Assembly (NCBI RefSeq): GCF_028641065.1
Contig: NW_026575289.1
Span: forward strand, 1 to 56,160
DNA length: 56,160 bases
Direction of reading: 5' to 3'
Source: Leucoraja erinacea
Taxonomy: Eukaryota
The first letter of the stretch is position 1. Each line of letters opens with the position of its first letter. This document shows positions 33,280-47,500 of this stretch, piece by piece. Made by a program: the position numbers and the translations under genes. Under the pieces are notes generated by a model. That model did no database searches and was not told where the DNA came from. It worked only from the letters and a program-made list of their open reading frames with translations.

Positions 33280-33930
33280 AAGTGATAGAGCTGTACAGCA
33301 TGGAAACCTTGTTCATACCAACTAAGTTGACATAATGGGCTAGTCTTTTTTACCTACTTTTGGCCCATAATCCCTCTAAAACCTTCCTGGCCTTTTATCT
33401 GTTCAAATGTCATAATTGTATCCACTCCTGTAGATCCTTCTGGAAGCTCATTCCAGATGTGGACGACACTGAATAAAAGTGTTGCCCTGAGGTTTCTCTT
33501 AAATTTATCTCATTTCACCTTTATTGTGTGCCTTTGTTTTTATGAATCCTCTACCCTGGGGGAAAAAAACTGTGTTCATTCAGTTTATCCTGCCCATCAG
33601 TTTCTTGTACACATCAAGCCAGGTTAAGACGTATAATGTTTACACCAGGCTGACCAGGTTAAGACGTATAAGATTGTGTGTGGTCATTGTATACTCCTAC
33701 GTGGTTTAACTTTCAAAATGCATCACTACACACTTGTCCAAATTAAGTTACATTGCCATTCCCATGCCCGCTTTCCCAGTTGATCAGTATTCAGTTGTAA
33801 ACTTAGATATCCCTCTTCACTCTCCACTCTACCACTAACTGTGGAGTAATCTGTAAACTTTATAATTATGCTACTTATTTATGTAAATATACATGACACA
33901 CAACAGCAACCAACACTGATCCCTGCAGCA
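33280..33930 (-). mobile_element. Old CR1 remnant spanning the arm/spacer boundary, internally deleted
   Basis: Diverged CR1 3' sequence; the mirror copy 38050-38650 retains sequence missing here. Confidence 0.55.
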
Positions 33931-33954
33931 TCTAAAAACAGAAGAACATAGAAC

Positions 33955-34228
33955 ATCGCAGGAACAGGCCCAAATGATTCCGACTATGGGTGCTGTCTAT
34001 ACAGAGTTTGTCCGTTCTCCACATGTGGGTGGTTTTCAACGAGATTTTCGGTTTCCTCCAACACTCCAATGACGTACAGGTATGTAGGTTATTGGCTTGT
34101 CTTGGTGTATGTGTAAATTGTCCCTCGTGTGTGTATGATAGTGTTAATGTGCGGGGATTGCTGATCGGTGCAGACTCGGTGGGCTGAAGGGTCGGTTTCC
34201 ACATTGTATCTCCAAACTAAACTAAACG
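33955..34228 (+). mobile_element. HE1/V-SINE family SINE
   Basis: GAGTTTG..GTTCTCC..GTGGTTTT..GGTTTCCTCC.ACACTCCAA..GTAAATTGTCCC core with an (AAACT)n tail. Confidence 0.75.
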
Positions 34229-34410
34229 AACATGATGCCAAGTTTAATTAATCCCCTCTGCCTGCATGTGATTCATATCCCTCTATATCCATGTATCTAC
34301 CCAAAAGGCTCTTAAATGCCACTATTCTATCTGCCAGTACCATCTCCCAAGCAGCACATTCCAAACACCATGCCACCCTGTGTAAATCAGCGGTCACACA
34401 CATCTGTTTA

Positions 34411-36014
34411 ACATAGAAACATAGAAACATAGAAATTAGGTGCAGGAGTAGGCCATTTGGCCCTTCGAGCCTGCACCGCCATTCAATATGATCATGGCTG
34501 ATCATCCAACTCAGTATCCCGTACCTGCCTTCTCTCCATACCCCCTGATCCCCTTAGCCACAAGGGCCACATCTAACTCCCTCTTAAATATAGCCAATGA
34601 ACTGGCCTCAACTACCCTCTGTGGCAGAGAGTTCCAGAGATTCACCACTCTCTGCGTGAAAAAAAAGTTCTTCTCATCTCGGTTTTAAAGGATTTCCCCT
34701 TTATCCTTAAGCTGTGACCCCTTGTCCTGGACTTCCCTAACATCGGGAACAATCTTCCTGCATCTAGCCTGTCCAACCCCTTAAGAATTTTGTAAGTTTC
34801 TATAAGATCCCCTCTCAATCTTCTAAATTCTAGAGAGTATAAACCAAGTCTATCCAGTCTTTCTTATAAGACAGTCCTGACATCCCAGGAATCAGTCTGG
34901 TGAACCGTCTCTGCACTCCCTCTATGGCAATAATGTCCTTCCTCAGATTTGGAGACCAAAACTGTACGCAATACTCCAGGTGTGGTCTCACCAAGACCCT
35001 GTACAACTGCAGTAGAACCTCTCTGCTCCTATACTCAAATCCTTTTGCAATGAAAGCTAACATACCATTCGCTTTCTTTACTGCCTGCTGCACCTGCATG
35101 CCTACCTTCAATGACTGGTGTACCATGACACCCAGGTCTCGCTGCATCTCCCCCTTTCCCAATCGGCCACCATTTAGATAATAGTCTGCTTTCCTGTTTT
35201 TGCCACCAAAATGGATAACCTCACATTTATCCACATTATACTGCATCTGCCAAACATTTGCCCACTCACCCAGCCTATCCAAGTCACCCTGCAGTCTCCT
35301 AGCATCCTCCTCACAGCTAACACTGCCCCTCAGCTTAGTGTCATCCGCAAACTTGGAGATATTGCCTTCAATTCCCTCATCCAGATCATTAATATATATT
35401 GTAAATAGCTGGGGTCCCAGTACAGAGCCTTGGGGTACCCCACTAGTCACTGCCTGCCATTGTGAAAAGGACCCGTTTACTCCTACTCTTTGCTTCCTGT
35501 TTGCCAGCCAGTTCTCTATCCACATCAATACTGAACCCCCAATGCCTTGTGCTTTAAGTTTGTATACTAATTTCTTATGTGGGACCTTGTCGAAAGCCTT
35601 CTGGAAGTCCAGGTACACCACATCCACTGGTTCTCCCCTATCCACGCTACTAGTTACATCCTCGAAAAATTCTATAAGATTCGTCAGACATGATTTACCT
35701 TTCGTAAATCCATGCTGACTTTGTCCAATGATTTCACCACTTTCCAAATGTGCTGCTATCCCATCTTTAATAACTGACTCTAGCAGTTTCCCCACTACCG
35801 ATGTTAGACTAACTGGTCTGTAATTCCCCATTTTCTCTCTCCCTCCCTTCTTAAAAAGTGGGGTTACGTTTGCTACCCGCCAATCTTCAGGAACTACTCC
35901 AGAGTTTTGAAAGATTATTACTAATGCATCCACTATTTCTGGAGCTACTTCCTTAAGTACTCTGGGATGCAGCCTATCTGGCCCTGGGGATTTATCGGCC
36001 TTTAATCCATTCAA
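34411..36014 (-). mobile_element. 5'-truncated young CR1 LINE (1.6 kb)
   Basis: 394-aa RT ORF at 34830-36014; tail at 34411; GTTTAA on both flanks (34406-34411, 36015-36020). Confidence 0.95.
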
Positions 36015-36347
36015 GTTTAATCCATTAAACTTTGTTTCTCAAAGCATAACGCTAAGCCATTTAGTTTTTGACAATTTCAGCCAGAAAAAAAGGATCAGGC
36101 TATCCACACTATATATGCCCCTCCTAATTCTATCTACTTCTTCCTCAGACTCCGATGCTCCAGAGAAAACAATCCAATTTTATGCAACCTTGCCTTACAG
36201 CTAATGCCTTCTAATCCAGGCAGCATTCTGGTAAACTTATTCTGCACTCTCTCCAACATTCTTGTAATGAGGTGACCAGACAATACACCAAGGCTGCAAC
36301 TTGGCTTCTTGACCCTTTTACACAATACACCGACTGACAAAGTATAT

Positions 36348-38030
36348 CAAGTCAAGTCAAGTTTATTCGTCACATACACATACGAGATGTGTAGTGAAAT
36401 GAAAAGTGGCAATGCTCGCGGACTTTGTGCAAAAAGACAAACAAACAAACAACCAAACAAACTACAAACAGAATGGAACAAAATCACATATACTTTTCCA
36501 TATTAAATATTGTGGGCGAAAGGAAAAAGGGAAAAAAACAGCAATTCAAATAAAAAGCAGTAGAATGGTCCAGTAAAGTTAGTCCCTGGTGAGATAGGAG
36601 TTTACAGTCCTAATGGCCTCTGGGAAGAAACTCCTTCTCAACCTCTCCGTTCTCACAGCATGGCAACGGAGGCGTTTGCCTGACCGTAGCAGCTTGAAGG
36701 GGTCTCCCATGATTTTATTGGCTCTGGAGTTGCACCTCCTGATGTATAGTTCCTGCAGGGGGCGAGTGAAGTTCCCATAGTGCGTTCGGCCGAACGCACT
36801 ACTCTCTGCAGAGCCTTCTTGTCCTGCGCAGAAGAATTCCCAAACCAGCTTGTAATATTTCCGGCCAAGATGCTTTTCACCGCCGCTGAGTAGAAGCACT
36901 GGAGGATCCTCGGAGACACTCTGAATTTCCTCAATTGCCTTACTCACGAGTGCTGCGGCGTGTGATGTCCATGTCATATCCTCAGAGATGTGGACTCCCA
37001 GGTATTTAAAGCAGCTCACCCTATCCACTGTGTCCGCATTTATCCTCAATGGTGTGTATGTCCTCGGATGATGTGCCCTCCTAATGTCCACGATCAGCTC
37101 CTTCGTTTTTTTTTATGTTCAAGAGGAGGCTGTTGTCCAGATACCAGATTGCCAGATCAGCCACCTCCTCCCGGTAGGCCTTCTCATCATTGTCTGAGAT
37201 CAGGCCCACCGCCACAGTGTCATCAGCTAACTTAATTATTGAGTTGGAGCTGAACCTAGCCACACAGTCATGTGTGTACAGAGAGTACAATAGGGGGCTG
37301 AGGACGCAACCCTGGGGCGATCCTGTGCTCAGGATGAGGGACTTTGATGTATTCCCTCTCATCTAGACTACCTGGGGCCTGGCGGTGAGAAAGTCCAGGG
37401 CCCAGGCACACAGGGCCCTAATTCCAGTAGTTTCTCGGCCAGTCTAGTGGGGACTATCGTGTTGAAGGCTGAACTAAAGCCTATGAACAGCATCCTCACG
37501 TAGCCCCCCTTCTGGCCGTCAAGATGAGAGAGCGGTATGTAAAACCTGGGAGACTGCATCGTCCGTGGATCTGTTCGGAAGGTATGCGAATTGCAACGGG
37601 TCCATGTTGCGAGGGAGGAAGGCACAGATGTGTTTCTTCACCAGCCTCTCAAAGCATTTCATGACTACCGAGGTGAGGGCCACCAGACGGTAGTCATTCA
37701 GACAGGCTGGGGAGGCATTTTTTGGTACCGGTACAATGATGGATTTTTTGAAGCAGGCAGGGTCTACGGACTTGTCCAGGGAGAGGTTGAATATTGTAGT
37801 GGGCACCGGAGCTAGCTGCATAGCACAGGACTTGAGTACACGTCCCGAGATGCCATTGGGGCCTGCAGCTTTCCTCGTGTTCACCCATGTCAGAGCCCTC
37901 CTCACATCTTGCTCGGTCAGCGAGAATGTGTGCACATTCCTCCCTTCAGCTTCGTTAGCCAGCCCGCTGGCGGTATTGTCAATAGTCATCAGACCTGGGG
38001 TGGTGTTGCCCATCTCGAAACAGCTCCCTG
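36348..38030 (-). mobile_element. Rex1/Babar LINE, truncated and frameshifted
   Basis: [61 protein letters not shown]; (CAAGT)n tail. Confidence 0.88.
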
Positions 38031-39342
38031 AAAATGGTGAGCCAGGTGGACAGTGTTTTGCATGTTTTACTTCACTGGGAAGGATATAGAGTACAAACAT
38101 TGCCACATCATGATGCAGCTGCACAAGTCGTTGGTGAGACCATGTTTGCAGTATTGTATGTAGTTCTGGTCGCCTAGCTTTTACAAGAATGTCATTAAAT
38201 TGGAACGGGTGCAGAAGAGATGCACCATATGTTACCTGGGCTTGCATTATAGGAAGAGGATGGATGGGCTGGGACTTTTTACTTTGCAGCATTGAAGGCG
38301 AAACAGTGACCTTTTTGATGTGTACAAGAAACTGATGGGCAGGATAAACTGAATGAACACAGTTTTTTTCCCCCAGGGTAGAGGATTCATAAAAACAAAG
38401 GCATACGATGAAGGTGAAATTAGATAAATTTAAGAGAAACCTCAAGGGTTTTATTCAGAGTGTCGTCCACATCTGGAATGAGCTTCCAGAAGAATCTATA
38501 GGAGTGGATACAATTATGACATTTGGACAGATACAAGGCCAGGAAGGTTTTAGAGGGATATGGGCCAAAAGTAGGTAAAAGAGACTAGCCCAATATGTCA
38601 ACTTAGTTGGTATGGACAAGGTTTCCATGCTGTACAGCTCTATCACTTTATGACTTGTATTTTATACAATGACAGATGACTGGCACTCACTGTGTGAATT
38701 AAAAAGATTTAGGTTTATTATTGGCACGTGTACCAACAGGAAACAATAAAACTTCCCTGCACTGTACTGCAAGGAGACAGGCCTGGAAAACACACTATTT
38801 GACCATCAAACCGCACAATAATGTAATGACATGGACCTCACCCTTCCCTGTGCGGCAACAGATTTCCAACACCAACCCCTCCTGTACAGATAAAGACAGG
38901 AACTACACTGTGAAGTCACAGCCCAGTACATACCACACAGACTGTGGTCTGAGAGATTTGCACCAGCCACACTGTAAGGGCACAGACCTGCACAAACCAT
39001 CTCAGAACTGCATGGAGACTGCCCAGTACAGCTCCAGCACTGACAGCAGGGAGATGGACAAAGTGAAACTCAGTCCAAGACCAAGCTCAGGGAACTGGGT
39101 CCCTGCACATCCATATGCAACTGTATCAAATTCCTGGGCATGCATATTTCTGAAGATCTGTCCTGGCCCCAGCACATTGATGCAATCATAAAGAAAGTGC
39201 AACAATGTTTCTACTTCTAAGACTGGGGAAATTCAGTATGCCAACAAATATGTTATTTAATTTCTATAATTGCATCATGGCCTGGTTCAGGAACTTGAAT
39301 TACCAGAATCAAGGATGATTGGACAAATGGATGAACACTGTC

Positions 39343-39580
39343 CATAGACACAAAAAGCTGGAGTAACTCAGTGGCACAGGCAGCATTTCTGGAGAGGGTG
39401 ACGTTTCAAGTCAAGACCCTTCTTCAGGCTGGTTAGGGAAAAGGGAAACGAGCGATATGGAAATGTAAAGAACAATGAATGAAAGATATGCAAAATAGAA
39501 ACAATTATAAAAGTAACAGGCCGTTCTTAGCTGAGAAGCCTTGTGTGGGGGAGGGATAGAGCAAGAGAGAATGCTGGTGC
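39343..39580 (-). mobile_element. Penelope-like remnant with hammerhead core (mirror copy)
   Basis: Core at 39400-39427. Confidence 0.6.
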
Positions 39581-40011
39581 TACCTAAAGTGAGAAACAGA
39601 ATAAGGTGCAGGACTGGGCCTTCCGGCCCTTCGAGCCCCTACCACCATCATTATGATCACGGCTGATTATCTAAAATCAGTACCCAATTTTGGCTTTCCC
39701 CCCCATATCCCTTAATTATTTCAGCCCTACGAGCAAAATCTAACTCTCCCTTGAAAACGTCCAAAAAAGTGGAGTTACAGTGTCTACCCTTCAGTGCACA
39801 GGAATTGATCCAGAGTCGAGTGAAAATTGGAAAATGATCAACAATGCATCCATGATTTCTGGGGTACACGTCCTTGAGTACGCTGGGATGCAGACTATCA
39901 GACATTGGGGATTTATTTTCCTCCAGTCCCAACGGTTTACTAATAGAAGGAACACTTGTTGTCCCGCAATAAACATAATCGATGATCAGCCCTTCCACAG
40001 ACATGGTGAGT

Positions 40012-40027
40012 GGCTCTGAAAAGAGCC
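40012..40027 (-). promoter_or_regulatory. Histone 3' stem-loop (H2A)
   Basis: Reverse complement GGCTCTTTTCAGAGCC. Confidence 0.93.
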
Positions 40028-40056
40028 TTTGGGTCACTATGTTTAGTTTCTCTCGC

Positions 40057-40473
<417 letters not shown>

Positions 40474-41358
40474 TCACAGACTCGCCTTTCTTATACCTGT
40501 TTGAGGAATCCAGAGAACCGCTGGTGATTGGTGAAAAAGGACATGGTCTCATTGATGTTGAAGAATAACCCAATCAGAGAACTGTTTTATCTACCAATCA
40601 AATCCCACAACAGAAAAGCGCTGAAAATAACTGCCAGTCCCTCCAAAACTCGAACTTTGAAATAGCCGCCAAACTATAAATCTGTATGTCAATACAATTT
40701 GCTACATCACATAACCATTGCTTTTTTGATTATCACTTTTTTATGTAAGTGCATTGCGTTAAGATGTTTATTATACTGTTGCGAGTAAGAATTTCATTGT
40801 TCCGTTCACGGTACATGACAATTAAATACTCTTGATTGTGGACCACCTTGAACCCTGGGCAATACAGCACAACACATTTAATTTACGATTTATTTGGGCC
40901 GGTAACCGATTACAAAAAAAACGACCTCGGCATCAATTAGCGATCGGTCACTATGTAAACGGTCTCGGATTATAGTCTGGTTCATTTTCACAAAAATCGG
41001 AATATGGGCGACAGTGTGAAACGTTCCTCCTTTAAAGACTGGACGAATTGCCGAGTAGAAATGCAATTCAGTACACTTACAGAGATGAAGACAATAAAAC
41101 AGTAACGGCAGCACTAGTCGACTGGCCGTGGGCTCAATTTATGACTGGGACAAGCTGACGTGAGAGGGAAATGAGTTTTACTTCTGTTTGATGGACTGGA
41201 ACGCAACATGGATACCGGGAATATCCCGCGTATATTGGAATTTAATTTAATCACTAAACAAAATGTGTAATAATTCGCCACGCAAAAATATCCTGAAACA
41301 ATTCTGCTGCGATTCAATGTCGAAACATTAGTACAACTCCTTCTGCGAAAATATGGGT

Positions 41359-41374
41359 GGCTCTTATAAGAGCC
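41359..41374 (-). promoter_or_regulatory. Histone 3' stem-loop (H2B)
   Basis: GGCTCTTATAAGAGCC. Confidence 0.88.
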
Positions 41375-41412
41375 GTTGGGTTTTGGGTGTTTTTTCAACA
41401 ATGTGTGGATCT

Positions 41413-41805
41413 TTATTTGGAACTGGTGTACTTGGTCACCGCCTTTGTCCCTTCCGACACGGCGTGCTTGGCCAGCTCCCCGGGAAGAAGCAGGCGCACG
41501 GCGGTCTGAATCTCTCGGGAGCTGATGGTCGCCCGCTTGTTATAATGCGCCAGGCGGGAAGCCTCGCCCGCGATACGCTCGAAAATATCGTTCACGAACG
41601 AGTTCATGATGCCCATGGCCTTGGAGGAGATGCCGGTATCTGGGTGAACCTGCTTCATCACTTTGTAGATGTAGATGGAGTAACTCTCCTTCCTCGACCT
41701 CCTACGCTTCTTGCCCCCTTTGCCTGCGGATTTCGGCAAAGCTTTCTTTGCGCCCTTCTTGGCAACTGGTTCCTTCTTGGCGGCTGTTTTCTGCTGATCA
41801 GGCAT
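41413..41805 (-). CDS. H2B: Histone H2B (130 aa)
   Basis: [21 protein letters not shown]...TSSK. Confidence 0.96.
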   Translation of the reverse strand: MPDQQKTAAKKEPVAKKGAKKALPKSAGKGGKKRRRSRKESYSIYIYKVMKQVHPDTGISSKAMGIMNSFVNDIFERIAGEASRLAHYNKRATISSREIQTAVRLLLPGELAKHAVSEGTKAVTKYTSSK

Positions 41806-42029
41806 TTCCTCGGTGGATTTCAAACACGGAGTGACCAGCTCGAAGACGGAGCGCGGATTAAATAGGCAGCGACGTCACTCTATGCTAATGAGGGATGGAG
41901 CAGAAGCGGATCGTCATTGGACGGTCGGTGAGCTGTTTAATAACATTGCTGTAAACGCTCTGATTGGATATCCAAGGAGAAACGTCACAATCGCTTGCTT
42001 GTTCCGCCAATCAGAAGCAGCTCCCACAG

Positions 42030-42249
42030 CAAGGGTTCCCAACCTGGGGTAAATGTCGCCGACCCTGGGAGTACATTTGTTGATTCTACATTTGTACATA
42101 TTTGTTCTAATTGAGTGACTGTGTTTGGTTCTCGTATACCAGTATATATTTGTTCATCATTAGTTGTTCATAAATAAGTGAAATAACATTGTTATGTACT
42201 ATTAAGGATGCCTGAGGTAAACTCGATGGAAAAGGTTGGGAACCCCCTG
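42030..42249. mobile_element. hAT MITE (mirror copy)
   Basis: Same TIRs as 28568-28787. Confidence 0.75.
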
Positions 42250-43459
42250 GTCCACAGGATAACTGGAGGATTGTATTTTGTGATCAGTGCTTTTGCTGCA
42301 GGGGTCGGTGCACAGTTCAATGTTGTTTGTAACCTACATTCATGTTTTGGATGACAATGCAGGTAACATTGTGAGTAAATCTGCAGATGACACCATTGTA
42401 ATCAATCCGGCGTGCAAAATCAAATAAGATCAAATAGGACAAGTTCTCCTACAACTTTAGGCTGTGCGCATCATACGCAGGAAGTTTGGTTTGGTGGGGA
42501 ATGACAAATATAATTTAACTCTGACAAATGTGAGATGTTGCACACTGATATGCAAATCCAGGGTAGGACTTGCACAATAAATGGTAGAACCCTGGAGAGT
42601 GTTGTAGAACACAGATCTCGGATTACAGGTGCATGGTTTCTAGAACATCGTAAGATGGATGGTGTGGTGAAGGCTTTGCCATACTTGCCTTCAATGGGTA
42701 TTGAATACAAAGATTTGGATAGCATGATGCAGCTTTGTGTTGGTGAGACTACACCAGGAATAGTTTATGTAGTTCTAGGTGCTCAGCTGTAGCAGGATGC
42801 CATTATGCTGGAAAGGGTGCAGAAAATGTTTACCAAGATATTTTGGGGACTTGTGTTTGAATTATAAGGAGAGGCTGGATAGGCAAGGATTGATTTGGGA
42901 GCATAGGAGGCCGAGGGGTGACCTAAATAAAGTGTGAAAAATCATGAGGGGCATGGATATTGAACACTCAGTTTATTTTCCCCAGGATAAAGGATTCTAA
43001 AACTAGAAGTATTGGCCCAAGGTGAGAGGAGAGAGATTTAAAAGGGACCTCAGGGCAACATTTTAACTGAGAGTGGTTCTTATCTGGAATGAGCTGCTGT
43101 GGAAAGGGAGTCTGGAGATATCGTGGGGGAAAATTACAGTTCGAAGCAAGACGATGATAAGGAAATGTAGAATGGTTCATTGTTAGCTAAGGTGATAAGG
43201 AGGCATAAAATCAGTTAAATTATCAGAAGGGCATTGAAACTAGTCAGAGAATTAGGGTGGGGGAGAGATGGAGAGAGAGTCAGAACTAAACCAAGGTAAG
43301 CACATTTAATTATTTATCTCACGGAGACCTGCTGACCCCGACCTCGTACTCCCTCACTGTTTATGCTTCCCACACACCAGATCATTTCCCCCTCTAGCCG
43401 CTGCTCCCAATCCACTTTCAATGGTCATGTAGAAGAGTCAAGAGTGTTTTATTTTCATC

Positions 43460-44563
43460 CTAAGTGGGACCCGTTGGGTCCCATGGTCACACGGGAGGGC
43501 TGGTTCCCCAACGCAATATTTCACATCTCCATCAATTCCAATATTGGTGGCCAGTGGGGAGGGGGCTTTCTGGAGTGCTAGTATGGGTGTTGTGGGCTGA
43601 AGGGACAGGTTTCCAGAAGGCCAGTATGGAAATTGTGGGTCGAATGGATTTTTGGGCTGGCAGCTCAGTCACTCAGGCCTGGTGGGCTGGCAGCTCAGTC
43701 ACTCAGGCGCGCACGCGTGCGTCTGTGCGTGTGTGTGTGTGACCTTGTGTGGGCCCAATGGATTCTTGGGCTGGCAGCTCAGTCACTCAGGCCTAGTGGG
43801 CTGGCAGCTCAGTCACTCAGGCCTGGTGGGATGGCAGCTCTGTCATTCAGGCCTGTGTGTGTGTGTCTGACCTCACCCCAGTATTTTTCTCCCTTCATTG
43901 CCTCCCTGTGAGGTCCAGGATTGACTATCAAGGTCCTTCACGGCTGGTGGACTGGCAGTTGACTCACTCACAGCTGGTGGGCTGGCAGTTGACTCATGGC
44001 TGGTAGGCTGGCAGTTGACTCACGGCTGGTAGGCTGGGATTTCACTCACTCACGGCTGGTGGGCTCACACACACACGCACACACCCCAATTACACACACA
44101 CCCTCCATCTCTCACACACACTCACACCCTCCTTCACTCACACACACTCACACTCACACAACATATATATGACAGTAAAATTCTTGAATCTACTCATGTT
44201 GTTGAGCATGACCTCTCCACTGAGCGGGACTTCCAGAATGAGCACAACCTCTCCACTAAGCAGGACGTCTGGAGTGAGCGGGACTTCCGGAATGAGCGTG
44301 ACATTTGTAATAAGCACAATGCACGCCAACAACCGAGTTGATGCATGGTACAGGCCAACAACTGAGTTCAAGCACAGTGTAGGCCAACAACTGAGTTCAA
44401 GCACAGTGCAAGGCCAAAAACTAATTTCATTTCCATTTCAAGCACAGTGCAAGGCCAACAACTCATTTAATTTCCATTTCAAGCATAGAGTACGGCCAAC
44501 AACTCATTTAATTTCCATTTCAAGCACGGTGCAAGGTCAACAACTCATTTCATTTCCATTTCG
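43460..44563 (+). repeat. Composite tandem-repeat element (mirror copy, ~112 bp longer)
   Basis: Extra GGGCTGGCAGCTCAGTCACTCAGGC units and (TG)n at ~43680-43790. Confidence 0.6.
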
Positions 44564-44590
44564 ATCATCTCACTGGTGCTATCTCTTTTT

Positions 44591-47500
44591 ATAATAATAA
44601 TAAATAATAATAATAATTTTATTTATAGAGCACTTTAAAAACAAACATGGCTGCAACAAAGTGCTGTACATCACTAATCATTGACAAAAAAAAGTGAATA
44701 CACACCAAAAATAACAAACAAAAGAAATAGTAGGAAAAGACAAGTAAAATAAAGAAACATCAAAAACACCACAAACAGAAGCAAAGCCTCAGGCATGGTC
44801 AAAAGCCAGGGAGTACAAATGTGTTTTAACACTGGATTTGAAGATGGACAGTGAGGGGGCCTGTCTGATGTGCAATGGCAGGGTGTTCCAGAGTGCCGGA
44901 GCAGCAACAGAGAAGGCTCTATCCCCTCTGAGCCTCCGATTAGACCTCGGTACCTCCAGGAGCAGCTGACCAGCTGACCTGAGGGACCGGGCAGGAGCGT
45001 ATGGGTGGAGCAGCTCAGAGAGGTAAGGCGGGGCGAGCCCATTCAGAGATTTAAAAACAAATAACAGTATCTTAAAATGAACCCGAAAGTGCACCGGGAG
45101 CCAGTGTAGGGAGGCCAGAATTGGCGATATGTGCTCCCTCTTTCGAGTCCCTGTTAAAAGGCGAGCAGCAGCATTCTGAACCAACTGGAGACGAGCCAGT
45201 GAAGAATGAGCAACACCAAAATAGAGCGCGTTACAGTAATCCAGCCTAGATGTAATAAAGGCATGGATTACTGTCTCAAAATGCTGCCGCTCGAGAATGG
45301 GCTTCACCTTCGCCAGCTTCCTTAGGTGAAAGAAGCTGGACTTAACCACCGTGCATATTTGGCGATCTAATTTAAAGTCACTGTCCATCCTAAAACCCAG
45401 GTTCACAACTGTTGGCTTCACGTACCTTGACAATGGACCTAAATCAACAAATGGAGGTTCACGGCAGCCATTGGGATCAAATAAAATCACCTCTGTCTTC
45501 TTTTCATTAAATCCAAGAAAGTTTAGGGCCAACCAGGACTTAATGTCATCAAGACAAGACAGAAGCGATTTTACAGAAAAGGCATCTTCCCCCCTCAGTG
45601 GCAAATAAAGCTGGGTATCATCTGCATAACAGTGGAAGGAGATGCCATGCTTTCTAAGGATGGAACCCAGAGGAAGTATGTACAGCGAGAAAAGCAGGGG
45701 CCCCAGAATCGAACCCTGTGGAACCCCATATGACAGGGGAACGGAAGAGGATTCAAACCCAGCAAGGCTAACGCACATGGTTCTGCCCGCCAGATAGGAC
45801 CTGAACCATCCCAGGGCACTGCCGCAGATACCCACTAACTGCTGTAGCCGAGATAATAAGATATTATGGTCCACCGTATCAAAGGCGGCAGACAAGTCCA
45901 GCAGGACAAGAACCACACAATCCCCAGAATCATTAGCCAGGAGGATATCGTTAAAAACCCTTAGCAATGTTGACTCCGTGCTGTGCGTGGTTTTAAATCC
46001 AGACTGGAAGATCTCCCGAATATCATGCTCCTCCAGGAATAGTTTTAGCTGGGCATAAACAACTCTCTCCAGTAATTTAGAAATAAAAGGCAACTTCGAG
46101 ATGGGTCTAAAATTGGCCAGAACAGATTGATCCAGGCCAGGTTTCTTAAGTAGTGGTTGCACTACTGCATGTTTAAAATTCACGGGGACAACCCCAGGAC
46201 ACAAGCTGCTGTTAATAATGGTAAGAACCGACTGCCCTATACTAGGGAAAACCTCCTTAAAAAGATGTGGAGGGACCGCATCACAAGGAGAACCCGATGG
46301 CTTAATATGGGAAACCACATCCTTTAAATACGATATAGTCACAGGCTCAAACTTGTCGAATACCACCAGGCAAGGGACCGAAACAGAAGGGTCAGAGGCA
46401 GGTGCTGAAATGTTAGCCCTTAAGGAAACAACCTTATCAACAAAAAAGTGCAGGAAGTCATTACACATTTCAGGTGAAGCTTCCAGACAGACAGGCTGCG
46501 GGGCATTTAGAACAGTCAATGATTTCAAATAGCACACGAGGGTTGTTACACTTTGACACAATAATTTTAGACAGGTACTCTCTCTTGGCCTTTTTAACAC
46601 TGTTTTGGTAGTGACGCCAACAGTCCCTGAGAATTTGATGTGAAACCTGTAGCCTGTCCTTCCTCCACTTTCGCTCAGCTCTACGACACTCCCGTCGTGC
46701 TGCATGAGTCACTGCACTGAACCAGGGTTCGGGTTTAGCCCTCGGCTTCAACGATCTTAACGGAGCCACAGAGTCCAGTATAGTCCTGCATGAAGAATGA
46801 AACCACGAACTAATCTCCTCCGTACCAAGAGGAGTGGACGCAGAGGGGGCGCAGAGCTGATCGAAAGCAGCAGAGAACTTGCCAGCAGTAAAAGGGCTAA
46901 AGGCTGTTCGTGTGTGGGACCAGACACACACTGGACAAAATCAAACACTGGACAAAATCAAAAGAGTCAACAAGGCTGAAAAAGTCCTTCACTAACGGCT
47001 TATCAGGACAGCACACATGGATGTTAAAGTCCCCAACCAAAAGGACACGATCATAGTTGGGCACGATCCCAACCAGAAAATCAGAGAATTCATTTACAAA
47101 GTCCTTATTATACTTGGGCGGTCGGTAGATGACCGCACAAAGCACCGGTTTGGAGCGGCCCACTTCAAATAAAGTTGCTTCGAAACTGGAGAAAGAAGAT
47201 GATAGAGGGCATTGCCTGCACTTAAAGTTATTTTTATAAACAGCCGCTGTTCCTCCTCCACGGCCCGATATCCGCGGTGAGTTGAAATAAGAGCAGCCAG
47301 CCGGTAATAGCTCAACAAGAGCGCTGCACTCACCTGGACCCATCCAAGTCTCAGTCACACAGAGGAAATCCAGTCCACGTGAGCAGAAGAAATCCCTCAG
47401 TATAAAAGTCTTGTTTGCCAGGGATCTGGCGTTCACTAAACCAATCCTGGAGGGGGATGGACTCACCAGATCAGCTGATCGCTGAGCCCGGTGCAGAGTC

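Noticed and set aside
33618-38314. Palindrome as a missed-adapter fold-back read artefact
   Set aside because: A 4.7-kb unique spacer and arm-specific insertions with TSD or empty sites cannot come from reading one molecule twice. A haplotype mis-join is not excluded.
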